Of a stretch of 39,735 nt of DNA, positions 25,052-34,299 are shown in pieces. Source of the DNA: a virus. Where the stretch lies: the UHGV virus genome UHGV-1362164; one strand, written 5' to 3'. The notes below the pieces were generated by a model. The model had not been told where the DNA came from, did not search any database, and worked only from the letters and a program-made list of their open reading frames with translations. Numbering within the stretch: the first letter of the stretch is position 1; each line of letters starts with the position of its first letter. The position numbers were made by a program, and so were the translations under genes.

Positions 25052-25672
25052 ATGTTTAAAAAACAATTAATGCCAATGCATCTACAATTTTTCGCTGATC
25101 CTGGTGACAACGATACTCCATCGGCCGAGGAGCAAACACCTGAATTTGATGCGGAAAATTTAACTGATGAACAGCTGGCAGCCATCAAAGAAAAATTTGG
25201 ATTTAAGGATAATGACGAGATCGACACCATTGTCAAAGGCAAAAAATCAAAATGGCAGAAAGAACTTGAACAGGAAAAAAACGAGGCAGCTCGACTTGCT
25301 AAACTTTCTGAATCCGAACGTCAAAAAGCATTGATACAGAAAGAAAAAGATGACTTCGAGAAAGAAAAAGCTGAGTTTCGCAAAGAGCAGTTATTTGTCG
25401 AAAAAGGAAAACAACTCACTGCAAATGGGATGCCTGCGGATTTCGCTACGCGTGTTACTGGTGAAACAGCTGAAGAAATCCTAGAAGACGTAAAAGCGTT
25501 ACGCGAAGAATGGGATAGAGCAGTAGAAGCCAAAGTGAATGAACGGCTTGCTTCGAAATCAAAAACACGTGTAGGAACAGGGGCCGGGCAAATGACTAAA
25601 GCTGAAATCATGGCAATCAAGGATTCTAAAGAACGTCAGCGAATGATTGCCGAAAACAGAGATTTATTTTAG
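25052..25672 (+). CDS. Scaffolding protein
   Basis: RBS GGAAGGAG. N-terminal MHLQFFA motif. Highly charged E/K-rich coiled body. Immediately upstream of the capsid gene. Confidence 0.7.
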   Translation: MFKKQLMPMHLQFFADPGDNDTPSAEEQTPEFDAENLTDEQLAAIKEKFGFKDNDEIDTIVKGKKSKWQKELEQEKNEAARLAKLSESERQKALIQKEKDDFEKEKAEFRKEQLFVEKGKQLTANGMPADFATRVTGETAEEILEDVKALREEWDRAVEAKVNERLASKSKTRVGTGAGQMTKAEIMAIKDSKERQRMIAENRDLF

Positions 25673-25683
25673 GAGGAAGACAC

Positions 25684-26640
25684 ATGAAAAATATGTCGAA
25701 AACGAACAAAAACAATTTATTAAAAATGGATTTACAAACGTTTGCTGCGGAGACAGACTTAACAAAAATGGACGATCTAGGAGAAATTAAGTCCATTGAT
25801 TTCGTTAACCGTTTTGAAGCAGGAATCAGAGAATTACTTACTTTACTAGGTGTAACTCGTCTAGAAGCGTTGTCACAAGATATGAAGATCCAAATGTACA
25901 AATGGACAGCAACGTTAAAAGATGGAGCTGTCAATGAAGGAGAAGATATTCCGCTATCTAAAGTTACTCGTGCTAAAGATAAATCTTTCCAAGTGACTTT
26001 TAACAAATGGCGTCGTGCTGTTTCAGCAGAATCAATTGCTCGTCATGGGGCTTCATTGGCTATCGATCAAGCGGACAACAAATTGTTGCGTCAAATTCAA
26101 GGAGGAATCAAAACGAAATTTGTTGATTTCTTAGGAACTGCGCCAACTAAAATTAATGCAGAAGGGTTACAAAAAGCTTTAGCCCAATCTTGGGGAAAAT
26201 TGAGTACTTTTGAAGAGTTTGATGGTGCTGAGTTCGTTTCATTTATCAACCCAATGGATGCAGCAACTTATCTAGGAGATACAAAAGTTTTGGCTGATGC
26301 TTCGAATGTGTTTGGCATGACTTTGCTTAAAAACTTTCTAGGAGCTAACAATGTAGTTGTGTTAAACGCAGTTCCGGAAGGAAAGGTTTATTCGACTGCT
26401 GTTGATAACATCGTTTTAGCCTACTTAGATATGAAAGCTTCTGATTTGGGAGATATCTTTGTAGACTTTACTGACGAAACAGGGTTTATCTCTGCAACTC
26501 GTGGACGTACATTGCGTAATGCGACTTACGAATCATTGTTCATGAATGCATTGGTATTATTCCCTGAAATTCCAGCAGGCGTTGTTGAAGCAACAATTAC
26601 AACAGAACCTGTAACACCGCCAGATAGTGGTGGCGAATAA
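25684..26640 (+). CDS. Major capsid protein
   Basis: RBS AGGAGGAAG. 318 aa. N-terminal DLQTFA motif. Position after the scaffold. Confidence 0.75.
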   Translation: MKNMSKTNKNNLLKMDLQTFAAETDLTKMDDLGEIKSIDFVNRFEAGIRELLTLLGVTRLEALSQDMKIQMYKWTATLKDGAVNEGEDIPLSKVTRAKDKSFQVTFNKWRRAVSAESIARHGASLAIDQADNKLLRQIQGGIKTKFVDFLGTAPTKINAEGLQKALAQSWGKLSTFEEFDGAEFVSFINPMDAATYLGDTKVLADASNVFGMTLLKNFLGANNVVVLNAVPEGKVYSTAVDNIVLAYLDMKASDLGDIFVDFTDETGFISATRGRTLRNATYESLFMNALVLFPEIPAGVVEATITTEPVTPPDSGGE

Positions 26641-26656
26641 GGAAGGATGAAGCTTA

Positions 26657-27007
26657 ATGATAGAACAAATTAAGCTGCTATTGGGAATAACTGATGATCT
26701 CCAAGATGGGTTATTAGAGTTGTTGATCGAGGATAGCGAGGAACGAATCCTTGCTACCTTAAATCAATACGCTTCAAAGAACGGAACAGATGAAATCAAA
26801 TCCATTCCAGAAAAATTTAACTACATCAAACGAGATGTGACTATAAAACGATTCAACAAAAGAAACAGCGAAGGTGCAAGTTCAGACAGCGAAGAAGGAC
26901 GTTCCTACACATGGGAGAAATCTTATCTGGATGAATATCTTTCTTTGTTTGACGAGTACACAAAACCTAAAAAAGTTGGCGGTAAAGGTATTGTGAGGTG
27001 GATTTAA
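26657..27007 (+). CDS. Head-tail connector (gp6-like / Phage_connect_1)
   Basis: MIEQIKLLLGITDDLQDGLLELLIEDSEERIL pattern typical of gp6-like connectors. Confidence 0.65.
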   Translation: MIEQIKLLLGITDDLQDGLLELLIEDSEERILATLNQYASKNGTDEIKSIPEKFNYIKRDVTIKRFNKRNSEGASSDSEEGRSYTWEKSYLDEYLSLFDEYTKPKKVGGKGIVRWI

Positions 27008-27288
27008 TGAACTATAACCATCGATGCAAGTTTACTCTTTCCAAAAAGGTGCCTGGTTATCTCGGAGAAGATGAAATCAAAACCAAGACCAAAGTCTTGC
27101 CATGCGGAAAAAGTGCACTAACTAGTGACGAACAAATCTCTATGTTCGGGAAATACACCAATACAGCGTTTAAAATACATCTTCAAGGTCATTGGGAAAA
27201 TATAAGTGATATTGAATTCGAAGGTGTCAGACGTAATTTATTCACCATAAAGCATCCTCGTAATTCGACTGTAGTTGTTGTCTCATGA
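26998..27288 (+). CDS. Head closure / head-tail adaptor protein
   Basis: Size, overlap coupling and position (gp16-like). Confidence 0.5.
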   Translation: MDLMNYNHRCKFTLSKKVPGYLGEDEIKTKTKVLPCGKSALTSDEQISMFGKYTNTAFKIHLQGHWENISDIEFEGVRRNLFTIKHPRNSTVVVVS

Positions 27289-27629
27289 GTAAGACGGTAA
27301 AAATTGTAGGGCTAGATAAGTTTACTCGTGGTGTGATCCAACAAAAGAAGAAAATGGAACAAGTAGTACATCAAGAGGTCATAAAATCCGGCTTACGTGT
27401 CGAGAAACGCGCGAAACAACTAGCACCGTTTGATACAGGTTGGTTAAGTGACAATATTTATGCGTATGAATCAGGAAGGCTTCGAACGATCGTGTCATCT
27501 CCTGTTGACTACTCTATCTATGTGGAAGAAGGTACAAGATACATGGCCGCTCAACCGTTTCTTTTTCCTGCGGTAAAAGAAGAGTTTCCAAGATTTATTA
27601 AAGCAATGACAAAAATAACGAGAGGGTGA
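27285..27629 (+). CDS. HK97 gp10-family tail-component protein
   Basis: Motif APFDTGWLSDNIY matches the gp10 family AP.DTG.L..SI pattern. Confidence 0.65.
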   Translation: MSKTVKIVGLDKFTRGVIQQKKKMEQVVHQEVIKSGLRVEKRAKQLAPFDTGWLSDNIYAYESGRLRTIVSSPVDYSIYVEEGTRYMAAQPFLFPAVKEEFPRFIKAMTKITRG

Positions 27630-27633
27630 TTCA

Positions 27634-27993
27634 ATGGAACACGCTCCGAATACGGGATTTTTAAAAGGAATTTCTGATGGCTTAAGTCAAACAGGAATTC
27701 CTATTTATTTTAAGCTCCCTGGCAAAGATGTCATGGAGCCTTTTTACGTGATAGGAACTCACCTTGACGATGACAGTCCGAGTGCTAAGTTTGGTCCTGC
27801 AGTTGTGGATACAGATTTACAGATTGATTTGTTCTACCCGACTAACAGCCGTACAGCTGCAGAAGATGCAATTCATCAGACAAAAGCGGCGCTTGGTGTG
27901 CGTAAGAAAGTGTCATCTGACATACGAATTGACGACACAATTGGGAGAGAAGTTTATCACATAATTTTTAGAATTTCAGATTATATATTTTAG
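27634..27993 (+). CDS. Tail completion/terminator protein (positional)
   Basis: 119 aa between the gp10-like gene and the major tail gene. Confidence 0.45.
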   Translation: MEHAPNTGFLKGISDGLSQTGIPIYFKLPGKDVMEPFYVIGTHLDDDSPSAKFGPAVVDTDLQIDLFYPTNSRTAAEDAIHQTKAALGVRKKVSSDIRIDDTIGREVYHIIFRISDYIF

Positions 27994-28004
27994 GAGGAAT
28001 ATTC

Positions 28005-28631
28005 ATGAAGAAAAATCAATTAATGCAAATGCGCCTACAATATTTTGCGGATCCAGTGAATAATGGTGTAACAAAATTTCAAGGCACACCAATTAAAGGG
28101 AACCGTGTTTGGTATTTCATCCAAGCAGTATCCGCACCAATCGGATCACCAGCATTATTACCAGCATTTCAAACGGAAGGGACTACAACTATCGGTGGTG
28201 ACAACATTGATGAACAAACCAAGATGGGACGAATCATCCTTAAATCGACAGATGAACATAGTATTGAATTAACACAATACTTTGCCCCTGATGATAACTC
28301 TATTCAAATTATTGAAGATGCAAAGAAGAACGGACAATCAGTCAAAGTATGGCGTGTTGTAGTTTCAGAAACATTGGGTGTGCCAGAAGGGGAAGAAAGC
28401 TTAAAAATCAAAGCATATCCTGCAAAATTTGGCTATGGTATCCCAGATGAATTGGAATACGACGAGGGCGATGATTTAGTAGAAATTAGCTATACTTTGA
28501 ACATTATCGGTAAATTACAAGACGGGACCTTCCCTCTTTCTGACGAAGATGTCGCCATGATCGAAAGTCTGTATCAGTTCCAACGTCCAGGGGAAACTAC
28601 TGGTGATTATGATGATATCCAGTCAAAATAG
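28005..28631 (+). CDS. Major tail protein
   Basis: RBS TAGGAGGAA. N-terminal MRLQYFA motif. 208 aa. Upstream of the chaperone and TMP genes. Confidence 0.7.
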   Translation: MKKNQLMQMRLQYFADPVNNGVTKFQGTPIKGNRVWYFIQAVSAPIGSPALLPAFQTEGTTTIGGDNIDEQTKMGRIILKSTDEHSIELTQYFAPDDNSIQIIEDAKKNGQSVKVWRVVVSETLGVPEGEESLKIKAYPAKFGYGIPDELEYDEGDDLVEISYTLNIIGKLQDGTFPLSDEDVAMIESLYQFQRPGETTGDYDDIQSK

Positions 28632-28891
28632 TAGCCCCAGTCGTAGGAAATGTCACTCCTAAGGCAGATGGGGCGTCTGTAGAATTGTCACATGAGTTCC
28701 TAAATACATTCAAAATCTATAAAAAAGAAGGTTCTGAAGTATCTGAAGGGGCTTCTCCATTAGCAATCACAGGATTAGCTCCAGGGACAGAAGTGGTTAA
28801 AGGTGGTTTCGTAGCTGTGGCAGTAGAAGGTGATAGGATTTCCGAACCTGTTGATATTCCCGCTTTTACAGTCCCAGCAGTAGAAGGTTAG
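28616..28891 (+). CDS. Probable -1 frameshift extension of the major tail protein (Ig-like decoration domain) rather than an independent gene
   Basis: The -1 frame opens at 28616 and overlaps the last codons of the tail gene. The tail gene ends UCA AAA UAG, so an A4 run sits at a stop codon. The extension ...TGLAPGTEVVKGGFVAVAVEGDRISEPV is beta-rich and Ig-like. No RBS exists for an independent start (the track start is TTG). Confidence 0.35.
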   Translation, partial: YPVKIVAPVVGNVTPKADGASVELSHEFLNTFKIYKKEGSEVSEGASPLAITGLAPGTEVVKGGFVAVAVEGDRISEPVDIPAFTVPAVEG

Positions 28892-28939
28892 TCTAACGGC
28901 TAGCCTTTTTATTTTTGTACAAAACAAGGAGGAAACGAA

Positions 28940-29440
28940 ATGGCATTTACAGTTGAATTAAAAGGAAAACCATTAGAAATAAAATTTGGATATGGCATGT
29001 TGTTCAAAGCGAATAAAAAACTAGCTAGCAAAGATAAAAACGGGAACTCTCAAAACGACGGTGCAGGAATTCTTTTTGCACAAGTTCTTGAAGAAGATGA
29101 TGACGCACTAGTCAATATTATCAAACTCGCCGCAAAAGGTGACCCATCAGAAAACGATGTATTAACTGCCATTGGTGAATACGTTGAAAGATTTGAGGAT
29201 GAAGAAGAGGGATACGGTAAAATCTTTTCTGATTTGAAAGCAGAGATGTTGGCTTCAGGTTTTTTCGTGAAGAAACTGAAGAAATATATTGGCAATCTAG
29301 AGAAAGCAAGCAAAGCGGTGAAAGGGATGAATCCGACCGAGGATATCGAAAATCCCGAAGCTCAATCCAAGGCTATGCAGGAATTGGCGGATCGGATGAA
29401 GAAAGAAATCTCATTATCGACTGTGCAAGACAAGGATTAA
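28940..29440 (+). CDS. Tail assembly chaperone (gpG-like)
   Basis: RBS AAGGAGGAA. Acidic 166-aa protein immediately upstream of the TMP. Confidence 0.65.
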   Translation: MAFTVELKGKPLEIKFGYGMLFKANKKLASKDKNGNSQNDGAGILFAQVLEEDDDALVNIIKLAAKGDPSENDVLTAIGEYVERFEDEEEGYGKIFSDLKAEMLASGFFVKKLKKYIGNLEKASKAVKGMNPTEDIENPEAQSKAMQELADRMKKEISLSTVQDKD

Positions 29441-29730
29441 CAGACATCGATCTAATTATGAATTGTTATTTGTGGGAACTTGAATCAATCCTTGAAGGTT
29501 TAGCGTTAAGGGATATTGATATACAAGAACGACAATCAATTTTTGCGTTCAATCTTCGATATGTTCTAAATGCAAAAAAACCAAAACTCACAAAAGTTTT
29601 CGACAAGAAAAAAGCGGAGAAAAAAATCAGGGATCTATTCTCAAGAACAAATTCCTCAAACGAGAAACATCAAATGGCGAAACAAGTAAAAACGGTAACA
29701 GACTATTTCAAAAATAAGAATTGGAGGTGA
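29233..29730 (+). CDS. gpGT-like -1 frameshift product region (overlapping frame of the chaperone gene)
   Basis: The -1 frame is open from 29233 to 29730, ending 4 nt before the TMP. Canonical slippery heptamer T-TTT-TTC at 29259-29265 (GGT TTT TTC in the zero frame). An alternative A-rich site lies near 29398-29406. Confidence 0.45.
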   Translation, partial: FESRDVGFRFFREETEEIYWQSRESKQSGERDESDRGYRKSRSSIQGYAGIGGSDEERNLIIDCARQGLTDIDLIMNCYLWELESILEGLALRDIDIQERQSIFAFNLRYVLNAKKPKLTKVFDKKKAEKKIRDLFSRTNSSNEKHQMAKQVKTVTDYFKNKNWR

Positions 29731-29734
29731 GGGA

Positions 29735-32700
29735 ATGGCTTTTGATGGATCAATCAATGCAATTATCGGCGCAGATTTATCACAATATAACGATGCTATG
29801 AACAAGGTTGTAAACATGACTAATTCTGGCATGAAGGCTGCAGCAGCTGCAGCGACGAATCACAGCAACTCAATGGTCCAAAAGGTTGGGCAGATTATGA
29901 GTAAATTAAGTGCGAATATGCCAACGAACTTGGCCGGCATTGCCCCAGCAATGACTGCAGTTTTCACAAAAGCAGGCGGTCAGATTCAGCGGGTAATTGC
30001 CTCTATTGGCGAAAAAATCCCCCAGCCGTTTAAGTCGGCATTCAATCAAGTTGCTAGTATTGCTCAGTCAGGGTACTCGAAAATAAGTAGCGGTTTTTCG
30101 AGTGTTCTGAATTCCATTTCTAAATCGGCTAGCGGGCTAGGGTCATCCGTTAGTAGCGGCTTTGAAAAAATTGCTTCTGTGGCCAATTACACAGCAACAA
30201 AAGTTCCGGCACCATTCAAGCAAGCTTTTCAAACAATTGGATACACCGCAAGTACATTAGGCAATTTAACAAATAAAGGATTCTTAGGAATTGCTAGTGT
30301 TGCTCAGAATGCAAGTAACAAAATTCCTTCAACATTTACTAAGGCATTCTCTGCAGTGGTATCTGGTGCCAATAATATGGCAAATAAGATCACTGCTCCA
30401 ATTAATAAAGTTGTTACTACTACTGGGAATTTAGCCACACAGGTAGGATCGAAGCTAACCAATGCTTTTAGTACTGCTGGTTCTAAAGCGGCCAATGCTT
30501 TGAATAGTATTGGTTCCAATACGGATAAGGCTTCCTCAAAAACAGCAAGCTTAGTCAAACAAATTGTAGGTGTAGGTGTTGCGTTCGCTGCTTTAAATAA
30601 GATCAAAAGTGGCATTACGGATACTGTTTCGAAAGCTGCAGAGTTTGAGCAAAAGATGAGTAACATCAAAGCAGTAACCGGTGAGAGCTCGGAGACGATG
30701 AAGAAATTCAATGATGCGGCAATCAAAGCTGGTGCAGAAACTGCTTATTCAGCTAGTGAAGCGGCAGATGCCATTGGAGAGCTTTCTAAAGCCGGAGTCT
30801 CTACTAAAGATATCTTAAATGGTGGTTTGACAGGCGCTCTAAACTTAGCAACCGCAGGAGAACTAGATTTAAAGAGCGCAGCAGAAATAGCATCGACGGC
30901 ACTGAATGCATTTAAAAACGACAATCTCACTGTTGTAGATGCTGCAAATCAATTAGCCGGTGCAGCAAATGCATCAGCGACAGACGTTGGAGAATTGAAA
31001 TTCGGCTTGTCCATGGTTTCAGCGGTCGCTTCTGGTGTTGGATTAAGTTTTAATGATACAACAGATGCTCTTGCAGTATTCGCTCAAAACGGTTTAAAAG
31101 GATCAGATGCGGGGACTTCATTGAAGACAATGCTTCAAAACTTACAACCGCAAACGGATAAAGCACAAGCTAAGATGCAAGAGTTAGGCTTGATGACGGA
31201 AGAAGGAGCCAATCAGTTCTTTGACGCAAATGGGAAGATTAAATCTTTTGCTGATATTTCGCAATTGTTAAAAGACAAATTGTCTGGTCTTACCCAACAG
31301 CAGCAACAACAAGCACTAAAAACGATGTTTGGTACGGATGCAGTGCGTGCAGCTACTATCGCAATGAATGAAGGTGCTGATGGAGCTAATTCTATGCAAG
31401 AAGCCATCAACAAAGTCACGGCGGCAGAAGTTGCAAAAGAGAAGCTCAACAACCTAAAAGGTGCAATAGAGGGACTAAGCGGATCTTTTGAGACGTTACA
31501 GATTAAAGTTGGAACAGCCGTTTTACCATTGTTAACAACATTAGTACAAGCTGTTGACAAATTCGTTGATAAACTTGGTCAATCTCAAGGGCTTGATAAT
31601 TTCGTCAATATTTTAGGCCAATTGAATCCGATTTTAGACCATTTTGTAAATGGAACCAAATTATCAGGCGATCAATTGATTAAGTACAGAAAAGCTGTTA
31701 TGGATGTCACGTCAGCAATTAAGCCTTTGATTCCTTTAGCATCTGTGGTGGGAGGGGCTTTAGCGTTAGACGCTGCACTTCCAGGAATCAAAAAATTATC
31801 TACTGGTGTGACCGGTCTGTCAGGTAATTACAAGAAAGCAGCTCAAGCAGCAATCGACTTAGCGGAAAAAACAGGCGAACCAATTAAACCTTTAGAAGGC
31901 TTTAATGGATTAATTCAGAAATCTGGTACAGGAATTAAGACTTTTCAGTCAGGTGTTTCTGGATTGGTAGGTAAAATCCCGTATATTGGTTCCAGTCTAC
32001 AAAGTGCGAGCTCAGTTGGTATGGGAGCACTTAATGGAATGGTTATGAGTATGGGAACCCTTATGCAAGTAGCTTTAGCCGCCGTCGGACCAGCTGCCAT
32101 TTTAGGGTTAGTAGTAGCCGGATTAGGTTTAGTAAATAATCAATTTGGAAAACAAATTGATGAGATGTTAAATACAGTTACGACCAAAGGTCCCGAACTT
32201 ATCACGAAACTAGTAAATGGCATCACTTCCCAACTGCCACAATTGATGGCCAGTGGAACAGAGCTGATTTCTAAGTTTGCTGGTGCGATTTCTACAATGA
32301 TTCCAGTGCTGATTGATGCAGGCATGAAGATTGTCGGAACATTGGTTCAAGGTGTTGGGCAAAATGCTCCTTCACTAATCAGTTCAGCTTTACAAGTAGT
32401 GACATCATTTATTAGCTCTATCGCTTCTGCCTTACCGCAGTTGATTAATATGGGGATGCAACTGTTACTGAACTTAGTAAATGGGATTATTCAAAACATT
32501 CCGCAAATAGTTAGCTCGGTTCAACAAATACTCTCTTCTTTTGTTGGATCGATCACTGAGAATTTACCACAAATTATACAAACGGGTATTCAGATTCTTT
32601 TAGGATTGATTGATGGGTTAACCCAAATGCTCCCTCAATTATTGCCAGTGGCCTTAAATGCAATCTTGCAATTGATTCAAGGGCTGATGAGTAATATCCC

Positions 32701-34285
32701 ACAATTAATGCAAGGAGCAGTTCAAATTGTAAATGGACTTTGCAATTTTATTGTTCAGAATTTGCCTATGCTATTACAAGCGGCTATTCAAATAATCATG
32801 GCTATCGTGAATGGGTTAGTTCAGAACTTGCCTCAGATTATTTCTGCAGGTGTTCAAATTATTATTTCGTTGATTACAACGATCATACAAATGCTTCCTC
32901 AGATCGCGATGGCGGGCTTGCAAATTATCACCTCATTAGCATCCGCAATATTAGAAGCCATACCTAATGTTTTGCAAGGGGCATGGGATGGTATTAAAAA
33001 TGGATTCTCGAACCTATGGGATACTATCACAGGAAAATCTAAAGAAACTAGTACAAAAGTTTCTAATGATGCTACAAGTACCTCGAATACTATGGGCTCA
33101 GCCTATAGTCAAGCAAATATGAATATTACTGGTTCAATGAACCAGATGAATGCAAATGTTAGCAGTTTGAGCACAATGAGCTCAAACAATGCCATCAATG
33201 CAGCTGCAAACGCAAAAAACCAAACTACTGCGCAATATCAAGGGATGCAAAGCAATGTTTCTGCTAGCACAAACAGTTTAGCTAATAGCGTAGGTCAAAA
33301 TACACAATCGGCTTCATCTGCGGCTTCTAAGAATGCTAGTCAAGCGAATGCCAATGTCTCTAAGGATTTTCAAAGTATGTATGGAAATGTTAATCAGACA
33401 ACAGCGAGCGCTTCGAATGCAGTAAGTCAGAATATGAATCAAGCTTCAAGCAACGCCTCAAAAGCATCTAGTACGATGTACAAGAATGTAACTGGTAATG
33501 CCAAAAATATTAATACTGGTTCAAGTAAAGAGATATCTACTATGACTCGAAACGTGAATCAGTCAATGAACAATATGAGTCAGACCGTTACATCTGCTAT
33601 GAATAAGGTAACGAATACGATTAATAGTGGTTTCTCTAAAATATCCACTTCAAATACGCAGTCAATCAGAAACATGGTTCAGACCTTAGCATCTGGAATG
33701 AATCAAATGAGTAATACTTTTTCTAATGGAATGAATAATATGATTTCGATTGCTTCCAATGTTTCAAGTCGTATATCGTCTGCTTTTAGTTACCTAGGAA
33801 ATTCTTTATATTATGTGGGATATAACGCGGGCATTGGCTTAAACAATGGTTTAGTTAATGCGGCAAATACGATATACAACACAGCAAATAGAATTGCGAA
33901 TAATGTAGCCAACCAGATGAGAGCAGCGCTTGATATCCATTCACCGTCTCGTGTTATGGCAAAAATTGGGGGCTTTATTGGTTCCGGCTTAGTCAATGGA
34001 ATGGCAGCGATGTTGCCGAGAATTGATGATCAAGCCTTTGCCTACGCAAATGCCATTTCAGATCAAGAATATTCTGCACGATCTGTTGTTACTGCAGATA
34101 CTAGAGCTGTAACTGGTAAGCTTTCTTCATCTTTTAGTGAATTAAGCGATGATGTGCAAAACAGTCCTAATGCTGATATTAATCTTACGATTGAACAAAA
34201 TTGGGATGGAAAAAAAGTTTACAACTATATTAAGACCGAAGATGCGCGGAATGCAAATCGAATCAATTTGATCAATAAGAGCTGA
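29735..34285 (+). CDS. Tail tape measure protein (1516 aa)
   Basis: Very long. Ala/Ser/Gln-rich repeats, a central hydrophobic glycine-zipper region and an extended NxS/T-rich C-terminus. Follows G/GT. Confidence 0.9.
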   Translation: MAFDGSINAIIGADLSQYNDAMNKVVNMTNSGMKAAAAAATNHSNSMVQKVGQIMSKLSANMPTNLAGIAPAMTAVFTKAGGQIQRVIASIGEKIPQPFKSAFNQVASIAQSGYSKISSGFSSVLNSISKSASGLGSSVSSGFEKIASVANYTATKVPAPFKQAFQTIGYTASTLGNLTNKGFLGIASVAQNASNKIPSTFTKAFSAVVSGANNMANKITAPINKVVTTTGNLATQVGSKLTNAFSTAGSKAANALNSIGSNTDKASSKTASLVKQIVGVGVAFAALNKIKSGITDTVSKAAEFEQKMSNIKAVTGESSETMKKFNDAAIKAGAETAYSASEAADAIGELSKAGVSTKDILNGGLTGALNLATAGELDLKSAAEIASTALNAFKNDNLTVVDAANQLAGAANASATDVGELKFGLSMVSAVASGVGLSFNDTTDALAVFAQNGLKGSDAGTSLKTMLQNLQPQTDKAQAKMQELGLMTEEGANQFFDANGKIKSFADISQLLKDKLSGLTQQQQQQALKTMFGTDAVRAATIAMNEGADGANSMQEAINKVTAAEVAKEKLNNLKGAIEGLSGSFETLQIKVGTAVLPLLTTLVQAVDKFVDKLGQSQGLDNFVNILGQLNPILDHFVNGTKLSGDQLIKYRKAVMDVTSAIKPLIPLASVVGGALALDAALPGIKKLSTGVTGLSGNYKKAAQAAIDLAEKTGEPIKPLEGFNGLIQKSGTGIKTFQSGVSGLVGKIPYIGSSLQSASSVGMGALNGMVMSMGTLMQVALAAVGPAAILGLVVAGLGLVNNQFGKQIDEMLNTVTTKGPELITKLVNGITSQLPQLMASGTELISKFAGAISTMIPVLIDAGMKIVGTLVQGVGQNAPSLISSALQVVTSFISSIASALPQLINMGMQLLLNLVNGIIQNIPQIVSSVQQILSSFVGSITENLPQIIQTGIQILLGLIDGLTQMLPQLLPVALNAILQLIQGLMSNIPQLMQGAVQIVNGLCNFIVQNLPMLLQAAIQIIMAIVNGLVQNLPQIISAGVQIIISLITTIIQMLPQIAMAGLQIITSLASAILEAIPNVLQGAWDGIKNGFSNLWDTITGKSKETSTKVSNDATSTSNTMGSAYSQANMNITGSMNQMNANVSSLSTMSSNNAINAAANAKNQTTAQYQGMQSNVSASTNSLANSVGQNTQSASSAASKNASQANANVSKDFQSMYGNVNQTTASASNAVSQNMNQASSNASKASSTMYKNVTGNAKNINTGSSKEISTMTRNVNQSMNNMSQTVTSAMNKVTNTINSGFSKISTSNTQSIRNMVQTLASGMNQMSNTFSNGMNNMISIASNVSSRISSAFSYLGNSLYYVGYNAGIGLNNGLVNAANTIYNTANRIANNVANQMRAALDIHSPSRVMAKIGGFIGSGLVNGMAAMLPRIDDQAFAYANAISDQEYSARSVVTADTRAVTGKLSSSFSELSDDVQNSPNADINLTIEQNWDGKKVYNYIKTEDARNANRINLINKS

Positions 34286-34299
34286 TAGGAGGAGCATAG

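Noticed and set aside
30304-33996. Several 60-140-aa minus-strand ORFs inside the tape-measure gene (30304..30726, 31213..31560, 32140..32325, 33811..33996)
   Set aside because: Expected artefacts of the Ala/Ser/Gln-rich repeats of the TMP read on the other strand. The translations are Ala/Leu/Ser-rich and low-complexity.
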